Below are positions 23,712-32,000 of a stretch of DNA of 32,000 bases, piece after piece. The stretch comes from Archaeoglobus fulgidus DSM 4304 (GTDB lineage Archaea > Halobacteriota > Archaeoglobi > Archaeoglobales > Archaeoglobaceae). The first letter of the stretch is position 1, and the number at the start of each line of letters is the position of its first letter. The stretch is from positions 1,830,001 to 1,862,000 of the forward strand of contig NC_000917.1 of assembly GCF_000008665.1 (NCBI RefSeq), read 5' to 3'. Position numbers and translations under genes: made by a program. The notes under the pieces are model-generated. The model saw only the letters and a list, made by a program, of their open reading frames with translations. It searched no databases and was not told the origin of the DNA.

Positions 23712-24866
23712 ATGGACTTCGAGCTTACACAAGAGCAGAAGGATATTAAAAACGCTGCCAGAGAATTCGCCGTAAATGAGTTTACAAAGGAGAGGGCCGA
23801 GGAATACGACAGAAATGAGGAGTTTCCCTTCGATTTGTGGAAAAAGGCGTGCGAACTCGGCTTCATAGGCGTGCACTTCCCCGAAGAGTACGGCGGAGCG
23901 GGAATGGGTGTTCTCGAAAACATACTCATCGTAGAGGAGTTCTGCAGGGCGGACAGCACAATCGGGAGTGCCATAATCCTCTCTGACTTCTCTTCAGAGG
24001 TTGTAATGAGGTTCGGCAGTGAGGAGCAGAAAAAGGAGGTTCTGCCGAAGGTGGCGGGTGGTAAAGCTATCACCGCCGGATGCTACACCGAGCCTGAGGC
24101 GGGTAGCGATTTGACGGCAATCAAAACCAAAGCTGAAAAAGATGGAGATGAGTGGGTTATTAACGGCTCCAAGACCTTCATCACAAATGGCACCATCGCG
24201 GACTACTACGTTGTGCTGGCAGTAACTGATCCAAACGCGCAGCCACGCTACAGAGGATTTACCACCTTCCTTGTTAAGAAAGACACTCCTGGACTGAAGA
24301 CAACAAAAATTGGAGGAAAGCTGGGTATAAGGGCCTCGCCGACTGCTGAAGTCGTATTCAAGGACGTGAGGGTTGATGATTCAGCGGTTATAGGGCAGCT
24401 CAACAGAGGATTCTACCAGGTTCTCGAGTTCTTCGATGAGAGCAGGATTGAGATTGCCGCTCAGGCTCTGGGAATTGCCCAGGGTGCTTTCGACAGGCTT
24501 GTCAACTACGTAAAGCAGAGGAAGCAGTTCGGGCAGCCGATTGCTGCGTTCCAGGCTTTGCAGCACAGAATCGCTGACCTGAAAACGCAGCTTGAGGCTG
24601 CGAGATTGCTGATATACAAGGCAGCGTGGAACTACGACCAGGGCAGAATCGATCCCGGGCTAACCTCTATGGCGAAGTACTACGCAGGAAAGCTTGCCGT
24701 CAAGATCTGCGATGAGGCGGTGCAGATGCACGGAGGCTACGGATACATTGCAGAGTACGAGGTGGAGAGGTTCTTCAGGGATGCCAAGATTACCGAAATA
24801 TACGAGGGGACGAAGGAAGTGCAGCTAAACACGATTGCGAGAGACATTCTCGGCAAGTTCAGATAG
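23712..24866 (+). CDS. Acyl-CoA dehydrogenase
   Basis: ITAGCYTEPEAGSDLTAIKTKAEKDGDEWVINGSKTFITNG, YVKQRKQFGQPIAAFQALQHRIAD, AVQMHGGYGYIAEYEVERFFRDAKITEIYEGTKEVQLNTIARDIL. Start MDFELTQEQKDIKN at 23712 (the ORF track adds 25 upstream codons). Confidence 0.96.
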   Translation: MDFELTQEQKDIKNAAREFAVNEFTKERAEEYDRNEEFPFDLWKKACELGFIGVHFPEEYGGAGMGVLENILIVEEFCRADSTIGSAIILSDFSSEVVMRFGSEEQKKEVLPKVAGGKAITAGCYTEPEAGSDLTAIKTKAEKDGDEWVINGSKTFITNGTIADYYVVLAVTDPNAQPRYRGFTTFLVKKDTPGLKTTKIGGKLGIRASPTAEVVFKDVRVDDSAVIGQLNRGFYQVLEFFDESRIEIAAQALGIAQGAFDRLVNYVKQRKQFGQPIAAFQALQHRIADLKTQLEAARLLIYKAAWNYDQGRIDPGLTSMAKYYAGKLAVKICDEAVQMHGGYGYIAEYEVERFFRDAKITEIYEGTKEVQLNTIARDILGKFR

Positions 24867-24867
24867 C

Positions 24868-24877
24868 TTTTTATATA
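24868..24877 (+). promoter_or_regulatory. TATA box for the DUF373 gene
   Basis: TTTTTATATA immediately after the acyl-CoA dehydrogenase stop, about 25 nt before ATG 24898; no Shine-Dalgarno, so probably a leaderless transcript. Confidence 0.6.
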
Positions 24878-24897
24878 TTCTCCATCACATTTTTTTA

Positions 24898-25932
24898 ATG
24901 CCAAAAAAGCTCGTGCTCGTAATCGACAGGGACGATGATTTGGGCCAAAAGGCAGGTATATCCTCGCCCGTTATCGGCAGAGACAACATTGTATCCGCTG
25001 CAGTAAGGCTCGGAACCGCCGATCCCGAAGATTCTGACGTCAACGCCATGTTTGCGGCAATAAAAATTTACGATGAACTCAAAGGAAGGGGAGAGGATGT
25101 TGAGGTGGTTGTTGTTTGCGGAGACAGGAGCGTTGGTGTTGTCTCCGACTCGAAGATTGCCGAGCAGCTTGACAGAGTTGTTCTGAACCTCAGACCGTCA
25201 AGCGCAATAGTCGTAACAGATGGCTCGGAGGACGAGTTCGTCCTTCCAATCATATCCTCAAGAGTCAAGATCGATTCCGTTCACCGCGTTGTTGTGAGGC
25301 AGAGCAGGACGATAGAAAGCACGTACTTCCTCATCAGAAGGATGCTTAACGACCCGAAAATTGCTAGAATCACCCTTGCACCCCTTGGAATGATATTCCT
25401 CGTTTACTCAATATTTCTCGTCATGCAGCATCCCGAATGGGGGCTCGGTGGCATAATATTCTTCCTCGGTGTTTACTTCATGGTAAAGGCTTACGGATGG
25501 GAGCAGAACATAGCGAACCTCCTGGAGACAGTTCGAGTTTCTCTGGTTGAGGGGAGGCTCTCCTTCATATTCTACGTCACCTCTGCGATACTTCTTATAA
25601 TCAGCATCGTCAATGGCTTCAACGCCGCCGTCAACATTGCTGATGCAGCTCAGGCAATTTCCAGCTTTATCTTTTACAGCACGTGGTGGTTCGTGCTTTC
25701 CGGGATATTCGCACTTCTTGCGAGGGCTGCCGATGCCTACGCGGAAAAAAGGAGAGTTTCGAAGTACTTCACGATAATCTTTCTTCTGATTGCCTTCGGT
25801 CTGATTGTCTGGGCCTCAGCAGCCTACGTACTCAATCCAGAGGCACCCAACGCATTGCAGAACCTTGCGGGAGCGATTGTCGGAGCGATACTAATCGCTG
25901 CAATAGGCGTTTTCACGCTGAAGAGACTCTAA
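24898..25932 (+). CDS. DUF373 family predicted membrane protein
   Basis: MPKKLVLVIDRDDDLGQKAGISSPVIGRDNIVSAAVRLGTADPEDSDVNAMFAAIKIYDEL, followed by multiple TM helices. ATG 24898 preferred over the ORF-track start 24835 inside the upstream gene. Confidence 0.88.
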   Translation: MPKKLVLVIDRDDDLGQKAGISSPVIGRDNIVSAAVRLGTADPEDSDVNAMFAAIKIYDELKGRGEDVEVVVVCGDRSVGVVSDSKIAEQLDRVVLNLRPSSAIVVTDGSEDEFVLPIISSRVKIDSVHRVVVRQSRTIESTYFLIRRMLNDPKIARITLAPLGMIFLVYSIFLVMQHPEWGLGGIIFFLGVYFMVKAYGWEQNIANLLETVRVSLVEGRLSFIFYVTSAILLIISIVNGFNAAVNIADAAQAISSFIFYSTWWFVLSGIFALLARAADAYAEKRRVSKYFTIIFLLIAFGLIVWASAAYVLNPEAPNALQNLAGAIVGAILIAAIGVFTLKRL

Positions 25933-26478
25933 AGCTTCTTGCAGCCTTCCCAATTTTTCCTTTCCCTTGAGAAGCTTCTCGTTCGCCCACCTAACAACAT
26001 AGGATAGATAGGCGTCATCGACGAGCATTAGGCCCTTCTCAGCAACTGGAAGCTCAATTCTTTCGAGAGAGGCTATTTCAACAACGTAATTGCTAAGAGA
26101 AATAACACCACTTCTTCTGAAACCGGCGGTATTTGCCGCATTCATGAGCAGCTTCGCAGCCCCAATATTCCTGCAAGCAACGTGAATGATTGGCGGGTAC
26201 TGAATTAGCCAGGCAACTTTTCTGCTCCTCAACGCTGCCTCTGCTACTTCGCTGACTTCCACGCCTTCATGCCACTTGCCCAGAAAAAGGGAGCTTGCTT
26301 TGTCTCCAGGCTTCTCAAGGTCGACGACTGCTATTCTCCCACTGCAGCTTGAAAGAGTTACGAAGTCATCAAAAGAGTTGATCAGGTCGAGAAGCTCAAC
26401 TATATCAAAATCGACCTTCCTCTGATTCTTTGCCTCGAGGTAACCTCTGAGCTTTTCCTTCTTAAATTGCTCCCACAT
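25891..26478 (-). CDS. taw3: tRNA(Phe) wybutosine-synthesizing methyltransferase Taw3/TYW3 family
   Basis: DLINSFDDFVTLSSCSGRIAVVD, FLGKWHEG, WLIQYPPIIHVACRNIGAAKLLMNAANTAGFRRSGVISL. Confidence 0.9.
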   Translation of the reverse strand: MWEQFKKEKLRGYLEAKNQRKVDFDIVELLDLINSFDDFVTLSSCSGRIAVVDLEKPGDKASSLFLGKWHEGVEVSEVAEAALRSRKVAWLIQYPPIIHVACRNIGAAKLLMNAANTAGFRRSGVISLSNYVVEIASLERIELPVAEKGLMLVDDAYLSYVVRWANEKLLKGKEKLGRLQEALESLQRENAYCSD

Positions 26479-27437
26479 CACTTCTTGGCCAAAGTGGAGA
26501 GGTACGCAAGATAGGCATCAAGCTGAATCCTCTCGTTCGCCCCCTCCGTCAGCCTGAAATCCACCTCTCCAAGCTTGTCGATAAGCTGAACCTTCAGGCT
26601 GTCCTTTATGGGCATCGAAATTATCTCTCTGAAAAGCTGCGCAACTATATCCTCACCGCTCATCCCGTACTCCACCATCAGCCTGTCCAACAGCTCTCTC
26701 GCCTCCATGAAGTTACCCTTCAACGCCGTCTGGATTAACTCCGTCATCTCCTCAGGCCTTGCTGTTGCGGTTATCTGGTATATCGTATCCGCATCAACAA
26801 CCTCCCCAATTGCTGCTGCACCCTGAAGGGCGTTTATGGCCTTTCTGAAGTCCCCTCCTGAGATGTATATCAGAGCCTCAAGCCCGTCCTCTGTAATCTT
26901 CACACCCTCTTTCTCGCAAATTTCAAGCAGCCTTTTCTTCATCGCCTCCTTGGGCACCGGCTTGAATCTGAAAACCGCACATCTGCTCTGAATGGGCTCA
27001 ATTATCCTGCTAACGTAGTTGCAGCTCAAAATAAAACGGCAGGATTTTGAGTACATTTCCATTGTTCTTCTCAAGGCTGCTTGAGCGTCGGCAGTTAGTG
27101 CATCAGCCTCGTCGAGGAAGATTATCTTGAAGGGAGCGCCTCCTATGGGGGCCGTTCTCGCGAATTCCTTGATTTTGTGCCTTACAACATCAATTCCCCT
27201 CTCATCACTCGCGTTCATCTCTATAAAGTTGTCCCTCCAGTTTTCCCCGAACAGGTCCCTCGCCAGAGCTATTGCTGTTGCCGTCTTACCAGTTCCAGGA
27301 GGTCCGGAAAAGAGGAGGTGAGGTATATTTTTTCTTTCAACATACCCTTTAAGCCTCTGTATAACTTCATCCTGCCCCACGACTTCATCAAGAGTGCGCG
27401 GGCGGTACTTCTCAACCCAGATTTCGAAGTTCTCCAT
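26478..27437 (-). CDS. rfcS: Replication factor C small subunit
   Basis: WVEKYRPRTLDEVVGQDEVIQRLKGYVERKNIPHLLFSGPPGTGKTATAIALARDLFG, FLDEADALTADAQAALRRTMEMYSKSCRFILSCNYVSRIIEPIQSRCAVFRF. Confidence 0.97.
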   Translation of the reverse strand: MENFEIWVEKYRPRTLDEVVGQDEVIQRLKGYVERKNIPHLLFSGPPGTGKTATAIALARDLFGENWRDNFIEMNASDERGIDVVRHKIKEFARTAPIGGAPFKIIFLDEADALTADAQAALRRTMEMYSKSCRFILSCNYVSRIIEPIQSRCAVFRFKPVPKEAMKKRLLEICEKEGVKITEDGLEALIYISGGDFRKAINALQGAAAIGEVVDADTIYQITATARPEEMTELIQTALKGNFMEARELLDRLMVEYGMSGEDIVAQLFREIISMPIKDSLKVQLIDKLGEVDFRLTEGANERIQLDAYLAYLSTLAKK

Positions 27438-27451
27438 CGAAGTTTTATTAA

Positions 27452-28072
27452 TTATGGTTGCATAAAAACTCTACGTTCCAGCCTGGGTGTTTCCTCAAAA
27501 CTGACGGAGAAACCGATTTTCCTCAAAAACTCATAGGATTTTTTCCCACTCCCGTGCATCATCAGCTCAAGAAGGTCGCTCTCGTCATCGATGTCAACGG
27601 AGGAGTAAAAGGAGTCGAAGATTTTTGCCTTCATCCCCATTTTGCGGGCCATTTCCAGATGCTTGAAAAAGCTGCCGAAGTGATAGGAAACTCTAAACCC
27701 CCTTTTCCTCACGAGAAGCATGTTCGTACCCCCCTTCCTTCCCGGAGCAACTACAACATCGCCCTCTGTTTCGAAGAACCTCTTCAAAACCTCCTCACTG
27801 AGGAGAGGGAGGTCGGACATTATCACCGCAAGAGGAGCTTCGTCCATTACCTTATTAACGGTTGTGTTCAGGTCTGAGGTGTCAACAACAACCTCCACCC
27901 CTTCAACGTCCAACTCTGAGGGGCACACAACTTTGATTTCCCCGAATGGTTTGGCTGCATCAATTACGTCAAGGAGCATGAGCCTTGCAAGCTCCTTTCT
28001 TTCCTCCTCGCTGAGAATGGAGGAAAGCCTCGATTTGGGGTTGTTAGCCTTAAAAGGGATGAGAATCCTCAT
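27452..28072 (-). CDS. cofC: 2-phospho-L-lactate guanylyltransferase (coenzyme F420 biosynthesis)
   Basis: MRILIPFKANNPKSRLSSILSEEERKELARLML, APLAVIMSDLPLLSEE, VVVAPGRKGGTNMLLVRK, FDSFYSSVDIDDESDLLELMMHG. Confidence 0.93.
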   Translation of the reverse strand: MRILIPFKANNPKSRLSSILSEEERKELARLMLLDVIDAAKPFGEIKVVCPSELDVEGVEVVVDTSDLNTTVNKVMDEAPLAVIMSDLPLLSEEVLKRFFETEGDVVVAPGRKGGTNMLLVRKRGFRVSYHFGSFFKHLEMARKMGMKAKIFDSFYSSVDIDDESDLLELMMHGSGKKSYEFLRKIGFSVSFEETPRLERRVFMQP

Positions 28073-29091
28073 GAAAAGATTCTCTCAACCAGCCACTTAG
28101 AATCAAACTTCACAAGGTCGTCGTACTCCTGGCCCACACCGAAGAAAAGCACGGGTTTCTTGGTTACGTAGCTGATGGAGATTGCTGAACCTCCCTTGGG
28201 GTCGGCATCGAGCTTGGTTAAAATGCTCCCGTCAATTCCTACCGTTTCTGCAAACATTCTCGCTCTCTCAACAGCATCGTTTCCGGCAATGCTCTCATCT
28301 ACAAATATAATCAGGTCCGGCTTCGTCACCCTCTTTATCTTCTCAAGCTGGTCGAGGAGGTTCTTCTTTGTGTGCATTCTGCCTGCTGTGTCGGCAAGCA
28401 CAACATCTATGCCTTTACTCTCCGCATGCTTTATCGCATCGTAAATAACCGCTGCTGGATCAGAGCCGTGCTTGTGCTTTATCAGCTTAACACCGAGCCT
28501 TTTCGCGTGTTCTTCAAGCTGCTCTATCGCTCCCGCCCTGAACGTGTCTCCTGCAGCGAGAACGACTGAGTAGCCCTGCTTTATCAGCCTGTTCGCAACC
28601 TTAGCGATTGTTGTCGTTTTTCCTGTGCCGTTAACACCGACGAAGGCTATAACCACCGGCTTTTTCTCCTTCAGCTTCTCCTTTATGAACTCATCAAAAT
28701 CAAACCTGTTTTCGTCGAGAATTTCAAATATTATTGACCTTAACTCTTCCATAACAATGTCGGATAGCTTTTCGGTCAGCTTTTTCCTCCTGCCGACCAG
28801 TCTGCTCTTTAGGGCTTCGGATATTGCGTCAACAACCTCAAATGCAACATCACTCTCAAGGAGAATCTCTTCAAGTTCTTCAAGAATTCCCTCTACCTTC
28901 TTTTCATCAATAACTACTTCTCTGCTTATTACAAGTGCGGCAACTTTGTCTTTCAGCCCTACTTTCTTCTCCTCCACTTTAGCTTCTCTTTTCTCCTCAG
29001 CCTCTTTCCTTATTTCTTCAATTTCCTCCTTCTCCTCCTCCTCTATCTTTTTCCTCAAACCGCTTAGCTTCTCCTTGAGAGCCTTGAACAT
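28069..29091 (-). CDS. ftsY: Signal recognition particle receptor FtsY
   Basis: FVGVNGTGKTTTIAKVANRL, AAGDTFRAGAIEQLEEHAKRLG, VVLADTAGRMHTKKNLLDQLEKI, LTKLDADPKGGSAISISYVTKKPVLFFGVGQEYDDLVKFD; charged N-terminal A domain. Confidence 0.97.
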   Translation of the reverse strand: MFKALKEKLSGLRKKIEEEEKEEIEEIRKEAEEKREAKVEEKKVGLKDKVAALVISREVVIDEKKVEGILEELEEILLESDVAFEVVDAISEALKSRLVGRRKKLTEKLSDIVMEELRSIIFEILDENRFDFDEFIKEKLKEKKPVVIAFVGVNGTGKTTTIAKVANRLIKQGYSVVLAAGDTFRAGAIEQLEEHAKRLGVKLIKHKHGSDPAAVIYDAIKHAESKGIDVVLADTAGRMHTKKNLLDQLEKIKRVTKPDLIIFVDESIAGNDAVERARMFAETVGIDGSILTKLDADPKGGSAISISYVTKKPVLFFGVGQEYDDLVKFDSKWLVERIFS

Positions 29092-29096
29092 TCAAT

Positions 29097-29510
29097 TCAC
29101 TCCTTCTGCTGTCTCGCAGCAAGCTCCTGCTGGATTCTCTGAGCTTGCGAGAGAACCTGCTGGAGCATCGATGTCATTTTCTCCTGATTCTCCTCAATCT
29201 TTTTTATTCTGTTCTTAACGAATTCTATGGCCTCTCCTACCTCCCTTTCGACAACAACACCGCTGCCGATGTCAACGAGCATTTTCTTGCTGTTTTTCAC
29301 GTCAACGTAGGCAAAAACGCCTCCCCCGAGGTTCATCAACGCCTCAACGCTAGTGTCTATCGATTCGAAAAATTCCAGCGTTTCAAGAGTTTTTCTGTAC
29401 TCGTTTTCGAGGATTTCAAGCTCCATGAGCCTTCTCTGAAGCGCTTCTGCCTCCTCCTGCAGTATCTGCAGAGTCGCAATTTTTTCCTGAACTTCTTTCT
29501 CAGAGCTCAT
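29097..29510 (-). CDS. pfdA: Prefoldin alpha subunit
   Basis: Coiled-coil/beta-hairpin/coiled-coil architecture; LMNLGGGVFAYVDVKNSKKMLVDIGSGVVVEREVGEAIEFVKNRIKKIEE; located between L20e and ftsY. Confidence 0.9.
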   Translation of the reverse strand: MSSEKEVQEKIATLQILQEEAEALQRRLMELEILENEYRKTLETLEFFESIDTSVEALMNLGGGVFAYVDVKNSKKMLVDIGSGVVVEREVGEAIEFVKNRIKKIEENQEKMTSMLQQVLSQAQRIQQELAARQQKE

Positions 29511-29680
29511 GCCTGCTTCACTTCCTCAATCTTTATGAGGTTTCTCTTAACCTTGTGATTGCTCCCGATTAGAGAATACACCTTCTCAAGCGCGTATCTC
29601 TCATTGTTCGCCTCAACAACTTTCGTGAACTTCTGCCAGCCTTCCAGAGTCTTAAACGCTCCTCTAACCTCAAACTTCAT
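29507..29680 (-). CDS. rpl20e: Ribosomal protein L20e (L18Ae/LX)
   Basis: 57-aa ORF below the track cutoff: MKFEVRGAFKTLEGWQKFTKVVEANNERYALEKVYSLIGSNHKVKRNLIKIEEVKQA; ATGA overlap with pfdA. Confidence 0.92.
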   Translation of the reverse strand: MKFEVRGAFKTLEGWQKFTKVVEANNERYALEKVYSLIGSNHKVKRNLIKIEEVKQA

Positions 29681-29689
29681 GTTACCACC

Positions 29690-30337
29690 TCACGGGAATA
29701 AAGCCTCCTCAACAATGCCCAGCTCAAAGCCTGTTGTGTCTCTACCCACAACATATCCTTTTGAGTTGGCTACAAGGCCCGAACCAACCATATCCGTTCC
29801 GAAGTTAACGGTTCCGGTTAAAACTTCCACTCCCGCCACCTCTTGCAGCTTTTTCGCCTCCCACTCGTTTATGTTGGGATTTGCAAGCCCACCCCTGTTC
29901 GTCACCACCGCAGCCATGCCGACGGTCTTTATACCCCCCACCGTCCCCTTGACAAGCTCTATGTCCATAAAGTCGGCCACCTTCTCCACCACACTGCTCT
30001 CCATTTCAGGGTTGGCAATCCCACCCCTATCGTTTATCAGCAGATTGTTTCCGAAGCAGGTCATTGGAGTCTCAATCACCAGCACATCAAGACTCTTCTC
30101 AAGCTCCCTGAGCTCACTGGAGAGGACCTGATCACTAACCACTGCCCCCCTGCTGTTCAAAGCCATCATCGCCCCAACAAGCTCGGAACCGGCTATTTTT
30201 GTAACGATAACATCAACATCAAGCTTCTCCTGAATGGCGTCAATCAGAGGCTCGTGGTTTACCCCCACTACTGCATACTCCTCAGACACCTTGGCGTAGA
30301 GTCCAATCAGCGGATTGCCGTTAACAGCAACTTTCAT
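29690..30337 (-). CDS. eif6: Translation initiation factor aIF-6
   Basis: NPLIGLYAKVSEEYAVVG, IAGSELVGAMMALNSRGAVVSDQVL, NDRGGIANPEMES, TNRGGLANPNINEWEAKKLQE; repeated eIF6 motifs. Confidence 0.96.
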   Translation of the reverse strand: MKVAVNGNPLIGLYAKVSEEYAVVGVNHEPLIDAIQEKLDVDVIVTKIAGSELVGAMMALNSRGAVVSDQVLSSELRELEKSLDVLVIETPMTCFGNNLLINDRGGIANPEMESSVVEKVADFMDIELVKGTVGGIKTVGMAAVVTNRGGLANPNINEWEAKKLQEVAGVEVLTGTVNFGTDMVGSGLVANSKGYVVGRDTTGFELGIVEEALFP

Positions 30338-30604
30338 TCACGCGAGCTCAACTTCCACTATTCCGTCGTCGAACTTCACAGCCCTTACTCTTATCTTTGT
30401 TGGTGGTTTTTCCGCTCCTCTCTCCCAGATTTTCTCGTTAACAGCGGTGTCAATTTTCACGTTCTCTGGCTCTACCTTCATGTGCCTGCTGAGGAACTTC
30501 CTGACGTACTTTGCAGCTTTCTTCGCCCTAAGCCATCTCGGATACCTCTTCATCTTGTGCCTGAGCCTTATTGAATAAACCCTCTCAACGACAACCTTGG
30601 CCAT
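30338..30604 (-). CDS. rpl31e: Ribosomal protein L31e
   Basis: [88 protein letters not shown]. Confidence 0.96.
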   Translation of the reverse strand: MAKVVVERVYSIRLRHKMKRYPRWLRAKKAAKYVRKFLSRHMKVEPENVKIDTAVNEKIWERGAEKPPTKIRVRAVKFDDGIVEVELA

Positions 30605-30614
30605 TGCCCTCACC

Positions 30615-30767
30615 TCACACCTTCAGCTTGCTCCTCCTCCAGTGCCTCCTCTTGGGGCTTCCGAAGACGCTCCTCTTGGTCTTCACAGTAATCCAGACGG
30701 GAGCTCTTCTGTTTTGCTTGTAGGCCTTCGCCAGCCTCTTCTTAACGCCAACCGTCTTCTTACCCAT
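30615..30767 (-). CDS. rpl39e: Ribosomal protein L39e
   Basis: 50-aa ORF below the track cutoff: [50 protein letters not shown]. Confidence 0.96.
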   Translation of the reverse strand: MGKKTVGVKKRLAKAYKQNRRAPVWITVKTKRSVFGSPKRRHWRRSKLKV

Positions 30768-30771
30768 AATA

Positions 30772-31098
30772 TCACTTCCTTATGATTCTCGTTTCCCTCT
30801 TCTTGGGCTGAACTCTCTTCAAAATTTCAACGAGCATTTTATCAGTTATCTTGCTCTGAATTCTTCCAGCCTGAGCCAGATAAATAAGCTGGTTCTCAAC
30901 TGCCTCAGCAATTTCAGGATGAGCGAGCTTTAAGCGTGAAAGTCTCTCCTTAGCTTCGGGCTCAAGAATTGCCCTCAAAATTGCCTTCTTCTGTGCCTCA
31001 ACCTGTCTCCTCATCTCCTCCTTCTGCAGCTCCTCAAGCTCCTTCTGCCTCTGCAACTCCATCAGCTTCCTGCGCCTTATTTCCTCCAGATCATCCAT
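30772..31098 (-). CDS. DNA-binding protein, PDCD5/TFAR19 family
   Basis: [20 protein letters not shown]...[70 protein letters not shown]. Confidence 0.93.
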   Translation of the reverse strand: MDDLEEIRRRKLMELQRQKELEELQKEEMRRQVEAQKKAILRAILEPEAKERLSRLKLAHPEIAEAVENQLIYLAQAGRIQSKITDKMLVEILKRVQPKKRETRIIRK

Positions 31099-31109
31099 AA
31101 AAACCACCC

Positions 31110-31553
31110 TCAGTACTTTTCGAGGGCAGGTATCTCGGAAACGAGTTCAGATTTTAGCTCTGTTGCAACTTTGTCGAGGAAAGACCTCCCCATCGGAGTT
31201 ACAACTCTGCCCTCCCTTGTTTTCTTCACAAAACCAAGCTGCTCAAGCTGATGGAGCGCGTTTCTCACTATAGCCCCGCTTCCCTTTCTGAACTTCGGAG
31301 GCTTTGAACCCCTCCTCTTTCTCCCACCGTAGAAGGTTCTGAGCCTCTCGATGCCCACAGGACCGTCAATGTAAACTCTTCTGAAAATTGATGCGAGCCT
31401 CAAATACCACCAGTCATCCTGCTCTGGACTCCTCTCCTTGTGAACTCCCGTTTTAACATACTTTGCCCACTCTGGAGGGGCAACCATGTCCTTCAGCCTT
31501 TCGGCAACCCTCTTGATCAGCAAATCCGCCGGAACATCATACACTGTCGCCAT
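31110..31553 (-). CDS. rps19e: Ribosomal protein S19e
   Basis: [104 protein letters not shown]. Confidence 0.97.
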   Translation of the reverse strand: MATVYDVPADLLIKRVAERLKDMVAPPEWAKYVKTGVHKERSPEQDDWWYLRLASIFRRVYIDGPVGIERLRTFYGGRKRRGSKPPKFRKGSGAIVRNALHQLEQLGFVKKTREGRVVTPMGRSFLDKVATELKSELVSEIPALEKY

Positions 31554-31557
31554 ATCT

Positions 31558-31788
31558 TCACCTCTCGAAGGTTAGCACGAACCCTCTGAAATCAACGAGC
31601 CTGCCCTTAACCTTTGAAGCTATTTCCCGGGCAAGCTCCTTTTTATCCTTACCCGATGACTCTCTGAAGTTGCGGAGCATTCTAACCTTAACTGCCCCGC
31701 GCTTCTCAAGCAGGAAATTTATCTCGTTTATTAAGCTTTCCGTCACACCGTTTTTTCCAACATTTATCGTTACCACGTCCTTCACCAT
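31558..31788 (-). CDS. YhbY/CRM-domain RNA-binding protein
   Basis: [38 protein letters not shown]...[25 protein letters not shown]. Confidence 0.85.
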   Translation of the reverse strand: MVKDVVTINVGKNGVTESLINEINFLLEKRGAVKVRMLRNFRESSGKDKKELAREIASKVKGRLVDFRGFVLTFER

Positions 31789-31848
31789 GCTCCTCTCACC
31801 GATGCCTGCCCTACCATTTCCTTTTGGTGGGGCTGTGTAAAAAATTTT

Positions 31849-32000
31849 TCATGGGAAGAGTGGTGGAGTTCTGAGTCCAAGGGTTTCGTCGAACCCCATC
31901 ATCAGGTTCATGTTCTGAACCGCCTGCCCCGAAGCCCCCTTCACGAGGTTGTCGATTGCGGAAACAACTACAACCCTGTCTTCTCCGGGATGGATGGAGA
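31849..32000 (-). CDS. argC: N-acetyl-gamma-glutamyl-phosphate reductase, C-terminal fragment (gene continues past the window)
   Basis: Reverse-strand translation [50 protein letters not shown], typical ArgC C-terminus ([20 protein letters not shown]). Confidence 0.93.
   Translation of the reverse strand, partial: SIHPGEDRVVVVSAIDNLVKGASGQAVQNMNLMMGFDETLGLRTPPLFP

Noticed and set aside
28625-29218. 197-aa Ser/Phe-rich plus-strand ORF
   Set aside because: Antisense of the Glu/Lys-rich FtsY N-terminal domain; composition is the complement of charged coding sequence.
29843-30574. 243-aa and 190-aa plus-strand ORFs opposite aIF6, L31e and L20e
   Set aside because: Shadow ORFs; the minus strand encodes confidently identified proteins.
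1-32000. CRISPR arrays, transposons, inteins or defence islands
   Set aside because: I saw no regularly spaced repeats, transposase motifs or intein insertions (RfcS is uninterrupted) on reading the window; short C/D-box RNAs could not be supported by eye.

Overview
This is a dense archaeal chromosomal window. From recalled protein content it is very probably Archaeoglobus fulgidus, though no database search was run. It holds about 35 protein genes plus a tRNA-Gly(CCC). Supported content: a PAS-repeat signalling protein, an acyl-CoA synthetase, an M24 peptidase, serS, a heme-o-synthase-like UbiA prenyltransferase, a ribose-1,5-bisphosphate-isomerase-like protein, an NFACT/RqcH-like protein, an RNA m5C methyltransferase, a TctA-like membrane protein, pyrH, and a minus-strand set (TS-fold protein - archaeosortase - psd - pssA - mptD). 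Further on are a Clp1/Nol9-type kinase, YjbQ, rlmE, a four-subunit 2-oxoacid:ferredoxin oxidoreductase, tatA, an acyl-CoA dehydrogenase and a DUF373 protein. The last part is a long translation/replication cluster (YhbY-like, S19e, PDCD5-like, L39e, L31e, aIF6, L20e/LX, prefoldin alpha, ftsY, cofC, rfcS, taw3) and the 3' end of argC. There is no CRISPR array, transposon or integrase. Main points for a second look: (1) a thymidylate-synthase-fold protein that appears to carry two tandem TS-like halves in one chain, the first lacking the catalytic Cys, next to an archaeosortase and archaetidylserine pathway genes; (2) an MptD-like dihydroneopterin aldolase gene whose conserved N-terminal half lies outside the provided ORF and which has no ATG/GTG/TTG start; (3) a PAS-repeat 'histidine kinase' with Asp at the phosphoacceptor position and no ATPase domain; (4) a perfect 14-bp palindrome between a TATA-like box and the start codon of a secreted, sequon-rich protein.
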